From Oculina patagonica (Eukaryota), in assembly GCF_052425735.1 (NCBI RefSeq), contig NC_135759.1, positions 930,001 to 994,000 on the forward strand: a DNA stretch of 64,000 bases, given 5' to 3'. A model generated the notes under the pieces. That model saw only the letters and a list, made by a program, of their open reading frames with translations, made no database searches and was not told where the DNA came from. Positions 21,730-35,607 of this stretch are shown piece after piece (the first letter of the stretch is position 1; each line of letters begins with the position of its first letter). A program made the translations under genes and the position numbers.

Positions 21730-24489
21730 CTGACTTTGTTAAAGCATTTAGTACAGTAAAAACCCGCGAGTAACAACCCCACATTTAAGAACCTGTTAGG
21801 CTAAAATTTTCCAATTAGAAGAACCTCTTTAGCCTAAAATTTGGACACAGGTTCTTATTTTCTAGAATGGATAAAAAATGTTTACTTTAAGGGAAATGAG
21901 ACAATTAAGCCAAGATCCTGGATCCTCTTTGAGGACGCCTAGGTGCCTTATCACTCCAGTTGCAATGTAAATGCCAATGTTGAAAACCATAAAATATTAT
22001 TATTGATACAATGACATAAATATAAATAAAATAATTTGCAATTTTAATATAAGGGAAAGGCTGAATAACACTAACAATTCTATTAGCAACAATGAAAATG
22101 TTTCTTCAGAAAATAAGAACGTATTAAGACACTGCATTGGCCTAAAATTGTGTTATTACTATTTATGCAAGAACCTGTTTAGGCTAACCTGGAAAAATTG
22201 GGTTCCTACCGCGGGTTTTTGCTGAACTGTACTGAACTGGGCAACATATATTTCAAAAGCAAACTGCCTCCAGCTATTATTGCTAGTGTAGGTAATTGCA
22301 TTGTTTCGCGAGCATAACTAAGAAAATTCTATATATGATTAACAGGGTACAAGAATTGACTTGTACGTTTAAAATAAAGCCTTCCTTAATAACTTGGGAA
22401 GAAGGCTTTTTCAGTTGGCAAATCGTCGTTAAAATATGGCCAACGAGTTTTTAATTGTAATTGTCAAATTAGGACAAGCACAAGCACTAAGCATAACGTC
22501 AAATCACATGATGTCATGTTACTAGGCAACACGTCTGCAGCCGATTCTTCCCAACTCATCATTTTACAACATACTCCGCAATCTGAGAATACAGTTTATC
22601 AACGATACAAGAAATGTACTGGACCGTAAATATGCAGAGTTTTAACTTTGCAAGTCAACACCCGCATGAAAGGAAGTGGATCAATGGAATATATTGTAGA
22701 GAAAAAGAACATAACTTTGTGTTGTTATCTTTATTCCACAAGCTTCTTTTAATACCAATTTAGAACTCTAAAACCTGTGGCTTTAGAGCCAATACAGTTG
22801 TTTTCCGAAATCATCTCTGAATAATATAAACATAAATATAAACATAAATATAAGTACAAGCATAAACATATGCTTTTATTCAAGATGAAACAAAAAGTAC
22901 ACAATGTTTAAAATTCACCTTGAAAAGGATAACACGAGGTTGACCCTATAATGTTTCCCTATACAGAAATTTTCAAAATCATGGAATTCTATATACACTT
23001 TTAAAAATAACAGAAACTTTGTACAAAACATTTGTACAAAGTTACTTTTTGGTTAAATAACTTTAATCTCATTTAAAGACTCGCATTCTTGGACAAGCTC
23101 TTATTTAGAAAACGTCCATTGGATTCAACTTAACTTTCCTTTTTATATTAACAAGCTGTTATTTATTATAACTGTACTAGTAACCAAGAGTTTTTATTGT
23201 AAGTTCATGATTTTAGTCCACTTACATGTACAAGTGAATCTCGATAACTCGAACCCTCAGTAACTCGAACCCCCCGCTAACTCGAACCTTTTTCGATTCC
23301 CCTTCAGGTCATTTTCTTACTAATTACCCTCGACAACTCGAACTCCCGATAACTCGAACCTTTTTCAATTTCCCTTGAAAGAAGGTTCGAGTTATCGTGA
23401 TTCAACTGTATATTCTATGTACTTTTATAACTTTTTTAGATCGTATTTTTTAAGCAGAGCCCATGTTGATATCAGTTTCTTTTTATAACTGAAGTGGTTT
23501 CACTGTATAAAGAAGGACTTTTATCTTCATATTATTATGATTTGAAGAACGCAAATTTACAGACATTGTATGGTTGTGTGTCAAGGGTTCAACAACTGTC
23601 TGTAAAGACTCCAAAATTATTGTGTTGATATACCGATCACTTGCTGCGCGCAAATGAGTTACTTAACTTATTTACAAAATCAATTTTAACCGCCGGAATG
23701 TCAATTCTTTGAAGGCCAACTAGAAAAGGTTTCTAGTCACTAGAACCAAACCATACAAATTATTAACTAACTAATAACATTCTGCAAGAATAAAGTTATA
23801 CACCAAACACTTGTAAATGATACCTCAATATATTCTAAAACGGAATATTCACAAAACTATTTTCAGCCTAAAACCGGTCGATAAATAAGAATTTTCAGCA
23901 TGAGCCATTTTAACTCAGATCCGGACGACATAGCGGAAAGAGAACCCATACAAATTGAAAATGTATCTGCTAAAGCTACAATAGGAAGTTATAGATGATG
24001 CCAGGCTTGCAGTGGTTAGAATGTTGTTTATATTGGGTACTATAATCAGTTAATTAAAACACCGCGAGGAGCAAAATTTGCAAAGAAAGAGATGAAAACT
24101 TTTAATTAAAGCTGTAGCAAAATCGCGAAATTAAAAAAAATCGCGAAATACAGCTTCCGAATGTTACCAAAGAATATGGTATGTATTAACTGGATGAATG
24201 TTTACTTACAAGAGTATCAGCATACATAATGTTTCATAATGTTAACTAGGTGTTTAGAAGAGAAAGGTGTGAATTATTTAATGGGACCTTTCAAGAGGAG
24301 CTTTAAGTTAATCAAGAAAAAGCTAATCACAGGATTGCCAAAAAAGAGCTCTCAAGGGGGTAATTATCATTGCATTATCAAGGGGGTAATTATCAATTAT
24401 TCATCTAACACCGAAAACAAAACTTACCCACATATTTCATTTGACTTCAGTTTGTAAATTATCCTCAACAAAGCTCTGTCAGTTAGAGG

Positions 24490-27324
24490 ATGTACATGTA
24501 TGTACTTCTATCGTTTTCCCTTGCAAACTATGTGCAAGGTTCAAGTCGTTTTACGGATCCTGACTTCAAAGCAATCAATTTTGCAGAACCTGTAAAAGGC
24601 AGTAAACTCGAAGGGAACGTCATTAAAGACTTGGAAGTGTCATCCGAAACATCTTGTCAATTTGAGTGCGTCAAAGAAACTCGTTGTTTGTCGTACAACT
24701 TTCATTCCATCCAAGGGAAATGCCAGCTAAGTGACTCGGATCGTTTTGTTGGACACGTTAATTTTACAAAGGTAGACGGTGCGTTATACAGTGGAATACA
24801 GGTAAGAAATTGGGATGTAGATGTTTAAGCTTCGCCAGGGAAGAGATGCGGTAGAACGAAAAAGGAATTGAACCTAAAGGAAAAAAAAAAACGATCAGGA
24901 CGGTACATTTTACAAAGTGCTCGATACAACTGCAGTACAATCCCGATTTCTGGAGCCCTCGGTTCCTCGAGGTACTTCTCTGTAACCTTACACACGATTT
25001 CTCGAAGAAATTTTCGTTTCTCCTGGAGGTTCGACGTAAAATCAGGATTCTACTGTACTCGAAGAATTCTCATATTGTTTAGATGACAGAGCTGGTAAAA
25101 AGATTATTCTTTTTATTTTCCTGCCAACTGAAGTCAAGTAATGACAATGTTTTGTGCAAATCATGTTGGGTTTAAAATTGAAAAAATGAAAAAAGTTATG
25201 GTAATCATTTTAGCTGCCTTTTTCTTTTTCTGCTCAGAGCATCTGCGAAAGAGACAATCCGTGCAAAGAAAATGAAGTATGCATTGCTGACTACAAAGCA
25301 GGCACTCACTTCTGCAAATGCTTCAAAGGTACAAGAACTTGTTATAACCTGTCAGGTTTCCACAGCCATTTTCAAGCTAAAGTGTCTGGAAAATTAAATA
25401 TTAAAGATGCCTTCATAAGATGTTTCGAAAAAAGGTTTGAAGATGTTATAGTAAATCCCAGCAATTTAGTTTAATTCGGTATCACTCTTTCAACATATTT
25501 CAGGGAAGTTTTCGAGAAAGTTGTATTACAAATTCAACCAATTTTTTAACATGCATAATTAATACAGTCAATGTTTTGGTATTTATTTAGAATGCCCCAG
25601 AAACTGTTATAAATACTTTAAAGGCAATGTTAAGTATTCTTTGTTTATTTTTTATTTTTTATCTCAGAATGCCCTAGAAACTGTCGTGAGCATTACCAAA
25701 ACGGTTCCACAACTGACGGTGTATATTGGGTTTATCCTGACGAACAAGAACCCATTCAAGTGCTGTGTGACATGACAACTGAGGGAGGTGGTTGGACAAC
25801 ATTTCAAAGGCGTATGGATGGATCCGTGGACTTCTTTCTCGACTGGGCATCGTACAAAAAAGGTTTTGGAAATCTGAATGGAGAGTTCTGGCTGGGAAAC
25901 GATAATCTTCACCGCCTGACCGCGTCTGCTAACATGGTGCTTCGATTTGATATGGAGGATTACGAAGGTGACCGAAGATATGCCGAGTACGTGACTTTCT
26001 CCGTGGCCGACGAAAGCGACAACTATCGGGTGACGATCGACGGATACCAAGGCACGGCGGGAGACTCGCTGTTATCTTTAAGTAAGCCCATCAGGTATGT
26101 AGCAAGCATATCATCTCTCAATTAGTTTGCAGTGTATAATCAATAAATGAAAGGAAAAGATAAGCTTAGTGAAAAATCTGTGAAGGGTCGATTTGGGTTA
26201 GTGTTGGACTTACGTAAGGCCGACATTGGGTTGATGTAAACTGAGTTTAATAGGCCTTATCATGGTTTTCGACGCCATCTTGACGAGTAGGCAAAGTGGT
26301 TAATAATTTTTCCCGAGAACCGCTTCTATCATGCGAAAAAAAATACAGACAAATGTATGGGAAATTAAAAACGTAACTGAACGCTTTCTAGCCAAGCTTC
26401 ATCCTTCAAACTCGGCGAATAAAACTTTTGCCTAGTATCTTAACTTTACAATTCAGAAGCTGTCCAGAATTCAATTTTTGTAAAAGATATTTGCCGTCGG
26501 ATTCCCATACAAACACTGTAATTTCTACCCGCTTTGCCTACTCGTCAAGATGGCGTCGAAAACCGTAATAAGGCCTATTGCGGAGCGTTGATTTCCTTCA
26601 ATAAAGCTAAGTGGAATGTGATAGATAAATTGTTTATTAACAAAGTGAATATATGAAAGACATACATGTGATCTGCGGATAAATAATGAAATGAATGAAA
26701 TGATCCTCGCAGTGTGTGAGCAATTTAAGCAATTGCTTTTTTTAGCCTGAAAAAAAAAAAATGGCTAAAAAATGCAATTGCTTAAAGTGCTAACACACTG
26801 CGAGGATCATTTCATTCATTTCATCATTTATCTGCAGTTCGCATGTATGTCTTTCATATATTCACTTTGTCATCTACCCCACATACGGGACATAAGCACC
26901 CACAATTAACCAGCTCCCAACATATCAAGGCTTCATAGCTCAGTTGGTAGAGCAACGCACCGGTATCGCGGAGGTCATGGGTTCAAATCCGTTGTGGCCT
27001 TGAGTTTTTTTATGCTAAAAAATGCAATTTAATTGCTTACACACTGCGAGGATCATTTCGTTCATTTCAAAATGTTTATTATTTCCTCTTTTTTACCGTT
27101 TTAGTAATATGCAGTTCACGACCAAAGATAGAGACAACGATGTAAATGGTAATGGCAACTGCGCATTCCATTTTAAAGGAGGCTGGTGGTACAATGGCTG
27201 TCATAATGTCAATCCCAATGGTTTGTATCAAGGAGGAGGATATGGAGAAGGAATCACATGGACATCATTTAGAGGCCAGGAGTACTCCTTAAAAAACATG
27301 GAGATCAAAGTTCGACCCCAGTGA
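24490..27324 (+). CDS. Secreted PAN-EGF-FReD protein, copy B, 349 aa
   Basis: Exons 24490-24801, 25238-25328, 25668-26094, 27105-27324. Exon sizes (312/91/427/220) and motifs match copy A. Confidence 0.93.
26250..26579. mobile_element. Hairpin-type MITE with AATAGGCC...GGCCTATT ends (similar ends at about 10959-11194 and 50281-50482)
   Basis: About 45-bp TIR AATAGGCCTTATCATGGTTTTCGACGCCATCTTGACGAGTAGGCAAAG and its reverse complement. Confidence 0.65.
26640..27069. repeat. Composite repeat: ~110-bp inverted repeat + tRNA-like segment + direct repeat
   Basis: 26640-26737 is the reverse complement of about 26773-26870. A tRNA-like segment lies at 26929-27000. Segment 27014-27069 directly repeats about 26764-26823. 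Confidence 0.65.
26929..27000 (+). pseudogene. tRNA-like (Thr-GGT-like) repeat segment, probably SINE-type rather than a functional tRNA
   Basis: GGCTTCATAGCTCAGTTGGTAGAGCAACGCACCGGTATCGCGGAGGTCATGGGTTCAAATCCGTTGTGGCCT. A and B boxes are present and a T-run follows, but stems are imperfect. Confidence 0.55.
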
Positions 27325-28000
27325 CACTCTGTAAATGCAATGCTTTTTAGTATTGTAGTGAACTAAGCAAATGAAAAGTTGTCTTAACGATTATAACTAT
27401 CACAATTAATCACATTGTCCCGTGATAACTTTAAAGTAATTAATGAACATAATAAGATTCTTGAAAGTCTAACAAAATCGCACAAACTCACCGAGTGAAA
27501 TTTAAAATAAATTTCCAGTTGCAGTTAATTTACACTTTGAAGTTTTTGAAAAATTTATGAGATCAAAGGAAATTATTTCCTGAACTATTTTACTAGCTAT
27601 TGGTAATAAAAAAGAAGAAGACAGGGGAAAATGATTAATCACAAGCAATTTGTAAATGCCTTCGTGTTGCAACTTTACACTGATGTTTCACCTTTTTACT
27701 GGCACTCACGTAAGGAATGTCTAATCAGAACTAACACGAACACTTTGCAAGTTGTTACGTCAGATTACATTATGTTACTTAGCAACAACTTCGCATAAAA
27801 CGACTTTTTCTAGACTGCTCTTGTCTACAGAGCATAAGTGAAGAAATACGGATTGAATCTTTCAGAGGAAAAAGAAATTAAACCATATTTATTATTATTA
27901 TATTTGTTTACACCAAAGTAAAATTTGCATGACACTATTCAGTTTAGTGTTGTTTCATCTCTAATGCAACTAAAATGCAGCTAAAACAACTAAAATGTAA

Positions 28001-28043
28001 AGCCCTATATTTCGGTTTGCAATTCAAACCTTCCTTAGGGGCT
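28001..28043 (-). ncRNA. Degenerate hammerhead motif (G5A core mutation)
   Basis: Minus strand reads AGCCC CUAAGGA A GGUUUG aauug CAAACC GAA AUAU A GGGCU, with perfect stems I and II. A partial inverted copy lies at about 28061-28092. Confidence 0.4.
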
Positions 28044-29167
28044 GGGCGGAAAAAAAGAAGAAGGAAGGTTTGTATTGCAGACCGAAATATACGCCGGTTT
28101 TTTCTTTACATTTTAGCTGTTTTATCTATTCTGTTTATTTTTGACCGCTTACGCCGTTAGGATCAGTTTGCCGTCTATATTTTCCATCTATAACAGGTAT
28201 TATTATACAACTCCGCTTCGTCGAGTACAAATTAAGGGCGAAACGACTACAAATAGGTTTCAAAGGTCCCGTATTCTCCTTGACTGCGCGTATTATTCAA
28301 CAAAGGTGGATAGGCAGCATTTTGGAAAAAGAAACCGTTGAATAACAAATCTCTTTTTAGACTTTTTTGTGTGTGGTATCGCTGCTCATTTTTACTCTTC
28401 ATTTGCATTTTGAATTGTTTTTTGGGCTCGGCGCCAAAATACTGCAAGACTCGTAAAAATATACAGCGATACTACATACCAAAATGGCTAATAAAATATA
28501 TAAATCTGATAATTTCAGAAATCAAAATCTTCAGATAATTAAACCTCGCTTTTAAACATAACATAACATCAACTTAATTGTGTGTCGAATTTTAGAGTAG
28601 TTAACAAATATCAGTAGCTAATACACTGTATCTTTGAGAAATACACTTAAATTGACTAAAGGGAATATATAAATATTACACAATTTACAAAGAAAAAAAT
28701 GTATAAATAAGCAAAAGCGTCTAAAGGAAGGTAGAGCTCTCGAAGCTGCTCTTGAACTCAGTCACTTGTTCTGATAAAGTTTGGCTGTGCGTTCCATTGT
28801 TTGGCTGAAAAGAAAGAAAACGAGTAGTTGAGTCCATTGCCAGTTGTTTTCGGCTTACTAAGTGACAAAATGTAATTGCCTTGAAGATCATTGGAAGAGC
28901 ACAACAGTAGGTAGGTTAAGAAAATTTTTTTTTATTCAAAACAATTCCCGTTTGAGCACAACAGCAAGTTGAGTCTGGTGTAGTTTTGCTCGTCTGTATG
29001 TGCTCAAAAAAAAATAAATTAGAAACTGTATTGTTATATCTTGTTGGCATTCATATCGTCGACTTTGACAGAAAACGTGACTGAAATTTTTTTTATGAAG
29101 TCGCTTCGTTGTAACGAAGCCTAAACTGATGTAAAATAAAACGAGTAGAATTTCTATTGAATAACAG

Positions 29168-29630
29168 CAGAAACCCATAAGGGTTGAAACGTGTAACGCG
29201 CGCACACAGCGTTTGAATATTCATTTTGCTTAGTACCATATCTGGAAACACGAAAACTTTGTATGCGAATGCTTTATACACGTAATGACACACGCAACAT
29301 AATTTTTGATTTTGCGGTAAGTTGCTAGAATTTCGACCTAAACGCGGTATATTTCTTACAGAAACTTAAGAAATACATTGAGTGTATGGAAGCGAAGTTC
29401 TCCAGACTACTTCATGAAGATGAAACAGGAGAATTTAACCAAATGTAACTTTATTCAACCGAACTTCTTCAAAAACAAGATTACACCATCGAGCGCGAGC
29501 TATAGTGCGCGCTGTGAATTTAATTTAATCTAAATATAGCAATTTGAAGTGTAAATGAATGTGCAAACGCTTTGTACAATGCGAATCATAGGGAGTTACA
29601 CGTTTCAACCCTTATAATTATGGGTTTCTG
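29168..29630. mobile_element. Non-autonomous DNA transposon with 7-bp TSD
   Basis: ATAACAG|CAGAAACCCATAAGGGTTGAAACGTGTAAC ... GTTACACGTTTCAACCCTTAT(aattat)GGGTTTCTG|ATAACAG. Confidence 0.75.
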
Positions 29631-30487
29631 ATAACAGTAAAATTGAGCATAGCAAATATTGCAATATCGCCTTGATTATGACGTCATGTGGAGAAAGTGA
29701 AGGAATAATTTAAATGGATTTTTTAACTTCATAGACATGACCTTTTTTAGGACTCGATTCAATCTTTTATTAATAGTTATTTTCTTTTTCATTCTTTATA
29801 AAATGTGATGTAGGACTGGCACGCCTAGATTAGCCACTGCTACCTGCGGGCTGTCAACTAGATATTGTTAACATTACAAAGAAAAATAAAGTTTAAGTGT
29901 CTTGGAGTACTCGGTGTATTGTTTTCTCCAGTACAAACAGATACTGAAATCCTAAAGGGTGACCTTTCGTACACGTCAATATTTACATAGTTACTCAACA
30001 AACCTATTCAAGGAGCATGAAGAATTTCATGCAAGTTAATTACTTTCAAGGTGTCCGGCACAGTAAATCCACATCTCGGTCAAGTTCATATCTCGCGCTA
30101 CAAGTCAAAATCTCGCGTTATAATCAAGATTTTTCTTATAAGTCGAGATAACGCGTTATTAATCCTAATCTGGCAGATTAAGTCGGGAAGTTGCGTTAAA
30201 GACAAGGTTTTTAAATAGACATTGGTCGAAGTATTTTGGTTAAAAAGAATAAATTCAAATTTTTAAAGACGGCCCTTAAGGAACACAATACAATTCATTG
30301 AAAGGAAATAGTAATTGATTTATAATAAGAACTTTCCTGAAGGAGAAAATTTAATTAAAATGATCTTTGTTAAGATACCTCCAGGGAATTATCGTTCTGG
30401 CTTGATTAAATATTAACGTTATGTAGAAATTTAGTTTTCTTCACGTCCGTCTTAAACAAGATTGCAAATAATACATAGCAACACTTA

Positions 30488-33400
30488 ATGAAAAAGATGT
30501 ACATGTCTGTAATTCTTGCGTTTGTTCTTGCAAACTACGTACATGGTTCAAATCGTTGTTCGGAGCCTGACCTTGAAGCCATTAATTTTGCGAAGGCGAT
30601 AAGGGGTAAAAAACTTAACGGAAGCGTCATAAAAGACTTGGAAGTGACCTCCGAGATTTCTTGTCAATACGAATGCGTCAAGGAAACTCGTTGTTTGTCG
30701 TACAACTTTCATTCCATCCAAGGGAAATGCCAGCTAAGTGACTCGGATCGTTTTGTTGGCCACTTGAACTTTACAAAGGAAGACGGAGCGTTATACAGAG
30801 GAATACAGGTAAAAATACTTTAGACAGAAAACGCAAGCTTTTTAAGTCCAAACATTTCCGTTTCTTAATTAATTCAAGCAACAAAACCTTTACAACAACG
30901 AAACCCAAATGACAACAGATAAGGAGAAAAAATGCGAGTAACCGGGTACGATGTGTCATTGTGGACTTTTAATTATATTTTTTGGCATGTTTTTAAATTT
31001 CTATAAGTTTTATAAATTCATTATAATTTTATAAAGATGATCTAAAAGCTTTCACTACCTGAAAGTAGTGTGAAAACTGAGGTGTATAAAAGATAAGGAC
31101 AACTTTCTTGTGAAATTAAAGTTTAGGAAAACCCGAAGTAGCTGTAAAAACGCAGCATTACTCTGAAATTTCCCATGTAATAAAACATGGGAAAGACTTC
31201 CACTTCCTTATAAACAAAGAAATGGCGTTTGGAGGAAAAAAATATGGAAACGAAAAAGACAGTTTGTTTTACCGTGATAACAATATCGTACTAATTGTTT
31301 CAAGGCTGCCTATAATTCTTTAATTATTATTGTAATTTGAATTTGTTTGAGTTATACTGACTTTGAATTGCACGTGTTGTGCACACAACTATGTCAAGCT
31401 TTAGAATGAAAAGTTTAAGACGGAATCCGCCAGGACTTCGAGTATTAACTGGACAAAATTATGTACCAAAATTATTTTCATTTTATTGCCAATTTTTGTA
31501 TTAATGTTTCAAATATCTTATCAAAAGAAATCATTTCAACAACACCAAACATCGAAAATAAATTTCGAAGCTCTTCTGAATTCCAACGATTGATGTTTAA
31601 AAGACGATTTTAAACTTTCATGTTTTTAACGATTGTAAACTTTGAAATTCGTTTTCTCAGGCTCTGAAAAGAAATTGCAGAAAATAACGTAATAAGATTT
31701 TAAATTATTCTAGTATTCAATTTTTGTCCTATTTAAATTAATACTACTCGATTTCCTGATGGATTCCGTCTTAGTGTTGCTTTTTAATTCTTTTTCTCTC
31801 CGGCAGAGCACATGCGAGAGAGACAATCCGTGCGACGAGAATGAAGTATGTATTGCTGACTACAAAGCAGGCTCTCATATCTGCAAGTGCTTCAAAGGTA
31901 GACGAACTTCAAATATACAGTTCAGCGACAATTTTGATGACTAGGTAGATATAGTTCAATTAAAGCTACTCTGTGTGGGAAACAGGGCAGAAGACGCCTT
32001 CAATTTCGAACGTAGTGTTTGTTTTAAAAACCTGCAAATCCCCTCATAATGTTTTTGAAATATATGCATGGAAGGGACCTCAGCTCGTAACTTTTTAGTA
32101 GGGACTCTCAGTATTGCAATTGATCAACGACTTGACACGTTTACTTGCAGCCTTGTCTATGAGTTTCCAATGGGATGTATAATAACGACTTACATATAAA
32201 GAAAGTGGTAATTTCTTAGTGTTTTTTGACAATTTCTCTTTGTTGGAAAAACTTTATTTTCTTAGTTTTATAAAAGCAATTTGCTCTTGAATCGTCTTCA
32301 AACTAACTTCAGTGGTATTAAATGAGAAATGAGGTTAATCAATTTAAAAGCTTGGTTAAAGGTCTCCTACCCTATTTTACATTTTAATACGAGTTCGATT
32401 TGCTGAAGATGAGGAAATATAAATGTAACAATATAAATGTCTTGGTATACTTTTTGTTCACTTTAGAATGTTCCAAAAACTGTCGTGATCATTACCAAAA
32501 TGGTTTCACAACTGACGGTGTTTACTGGGTTTATCCTGACAAACAAGAACCCATTCAAGTGCTGTGTGACATGACAACTGAGGGCGGTGGTTGGACAACT
32601 TTCCAAAGGCGCATGGATGGATCTGTGGACTTCTTTCTCGACTGGGCATCGTACAAAAAAGGTTTTGGAAATCTAAGTGGAGAGTTCTGGCTTGGAAACG
32701 ATAATCTTCACCGCCTGACCGCGTCTGCTAACATGATGCTTCGATTTGATATGGCAGATTACGAAGGAGAGCGAAGATATGCCGAGTACACGACCTTTTC
32801 CGTGGCTGACGAGGGCGACAACTATCGGTTGACGATCGACGGATACCGAGGCACGGCGGAAGACACATTGGCAGATGTTAGTAAGTCCATCAGGTATGAA
32901 AAAGGCACATTGCTGCTTTATAATAATTTTTTGTTTAAACTTGTTGATCTCCTGTTGGGCCTTTACCTTTGGATCTGATCATTACAAAAGATTACCGTGT
33001 ACCTTCTTAAAATGCGATGAATTGTATCCATGGAGCTGGAGAGAAGCAATGTCTTTAAGTCGCTTCATGCGATGACCTGGAAAAAGCTCCGATCGTCTGG
33101 GCTATTTGGCCCGAAGACAGACTCACCTTACTTTCTTTATAAAGACACTGTAATGTAATTTCGTGCAACTGTACATCTCTTATCAAGACTTTTTCTGACG
33201 TGGCGACGTGAGTTCTAATGTTTGGAGCTATGCCAAAATCAAAATAGCAACGGCATAAATAGTAGCCGCACAACAGTTGTTATTCAGGGGGAAGCCAAAA
33301 AATATCTTTCGAATTCCTTCGAAACCATTTCAATCACCCTGTAAAGTTGTAATATCTCTATCAGATACCTGTTACTTGTTCTATAAATAGCCGGGCTCTG

Positions 33401-34020
33401 TTGATTGAAGAAAAATATATTTTTTTCCACACGATGGGACAGGATACCTAGGAAAGGTCACTTATTTAATCCAGGCTCTCATAAATCTATGACGGGTGGA
33501 GTTGTTGAAGGCAATTCCAGGATTTTGTTGAAATATGATTGTTTCTCTTAAATATTGCGCACATTATTGCATGCAATATTTCGAAATGGTCACAAGGCTC
33601 AAAGAAATTCACTGCGCTGAAAAACTACTGTGTGTTCCGGCCACATTGATTCACTTCAAATTTAACGTAATACAGTTTGATGCATACTAAAGATTTACCA
33701 AAACTGTGCGCGCCATAGCCATTAACTACCATTATGACGGTCTTTTGGTAATTAAAATGCAATAGTAGGTTCACTGTTTGCTCATTTCTTGTCGTTTTAG
33801 AAATATGATGTTCACGACCAAAGATAGAGACAACGACGTAAATGACAATTTCAACTGTGCATCGCAGTTCAAGGGGGGCTGGTGGTATCAAAATTGCCAT
33901 AACGCTAATCCCAATGGTTTGTATGAAGGAGGAGGAAATGCACAAGGCGTCACATGGTCGAAATTCAGAGGCCAAGCATACTCCTTAAAACACATGGAGA
34001 TCAAAATTCGACCTATGTAA
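30488..34020 (+). CDS. Secreted PAN-EGF-FReD protein, copy C (349-352 aa depending on start ATG)
   Basis: Exons 30488(or 30497)-30808, 31807-31897, 32467-32893, 33801-34020. Same structure and motifs as copies A and B. Confidence 0.93.
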
Positions 34021-34022
34021 TA

Positions 34023-34528
34023 CCTTATTACATGAAATTTTTGCGACATGTTAATTTCGCGATTTTGAGGTGCACATATTTCGCGACACTTAAATTTCGC
34101 GATTTTGCGAAAATTTTGTGTTTTAAATCACTTTGACACAATTTACATTTCCTTGGCAATATCATTTCACATGCCCTTGAATGAAATAAAAACGACTTCA
34201 TTAATGAAAAAATAACATCAAAATTAACAAAGAAGCAAGAGTGGGATTAAATCTCGGCAATAGCTTCAACAGAGCAGTTAATGTCTACAAGTAGGTTATG
34301 CTTGTACGTGCATGAGTTACTGTTTTTGAGTCAAATGACGACACCATCCGTTTAAATTGATAATTCCTTCCTTCAGTTGCACTAAACTTATTTTTTCTTA
34401 ATTATTAACATAATGTGAGTCACTTAATTTTCGCGTCACTTATTGTTCGCGTCACCTTAATTTCGCGATTTTTTTGGAATCGCGAAATTCGCGAAATTAA
34501 CGTGTCGCGAAAATTTCATGTAATAAGG
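34023..34528. mobile_element. TA-flanked MITE inserted immediately after the stop codon of copy C
   Basis: TA|CCTTATTACATGAAATTTT ... AAAATTTCATGTAATAAGG|TA, with internal TTTCGCGA repeats. Confidence 0.8.
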
Positions 34529-35238
34529 TACCTTGCAAAAGATGAGTCGTGGCAAACCGGGTATCGAGACTTTCTTTATAACTATGACCTTATAAAAGTA
34601 GATAAATGTTTATATAGGAGAACATAAACAATCATGTAAAAAATTTATTCAACCGTTAAAAATGCCAATATGTGAATTATTTAATAGGGCCTTTCTGCTA
34701 CAGTAGCTGAAACAGATGTTACAGATCTAGATACTAGGCTTGTAGGGTTATAGCAAAAGTAAAAACAGTTAAAATAAGGATCGCGAGGGACAAAATTTTT
34801 AAAGAGATCAGAACTACTATAAAAACCAGTAGAATTAGTTATGGAACAAGTCACTTCTGCATAAATTTATTTGTCTCTTGTTAAAAACGTAGTTTGAATG
34901 AAGCTGCGATTGTTCCACTTTCCTTAGCTACTCTAGGTAATTTTCACAGGTACTTTGTTTTGCACCTCTTAAACAACCAAAATTAAATACCATTTAAGAA
35001 AATATTAACAATACATTAATTCTAAACTGAATGTTGCAAGTTAATTGCTTGGTGATAACTGTTCTGAATTTAAATTGTTACTTTCTGTCCTTATAAAAAT
35101 ATCTTTCTGGTCTTGTTTTCGACAACAACCTTCTTTTGATTTAGTGTACAGTACCCAGATTTTTAATTTATACAACTCTAAGAACATTTGTTATTTATTT
35201 ACGCGGGACCCTTAGATCAGGGTTTGGGAGATTAAAAC

Positions 35239-35607
35239 AATTAACAGCAAAATCGCGAAATTAAATACTGCAGTTTCCTTTTCTTCCGATCGCGAAAATT
35301 AATAATCACAAACTACTTGGAAACATATTAACGCTAAGGTATATAATATTGGGTAGCATGATTACTCAGTCTTCAGGAAAAATACATCTGAATTATTTAA
35401 TAGAACCTTAATTTAGGACCTTAAAGCTAAGTCACAATTAACAGCAAAATCGCGAAATTAAATACTGCAGTTAATAATCACAAACTACTTGGAAACATAT
35501 TAACACTAAGGTATATAATATTAGGTAGGCTTATTACTCAGTCTTCAGGAAAGATGCATCTGAATTATTTAATAGAACCTTAATTTAGGACCTTAAAGCT
35601 AAGTCAC
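35239..35607 (+). repeat. Tandem direct duplication (~197 bp and ~172 bp) upstream of copy D
   Basis: CAATTAACAGCAAAATCGCGAAATTAAATACTGCAGTT ... TTAGGACCTTAAAGCTAAGTCAC occurs twice in tandem. The second unit has an internal deletion. Confidence 0.8.

Noticed and set aside
26929-27000. Functional tRNA-Thr(GGT)
   Set aside because: Stems are imperfect, it is embedded in a repeat, and GGT is not the normal eukaryotic Thr anticodon.
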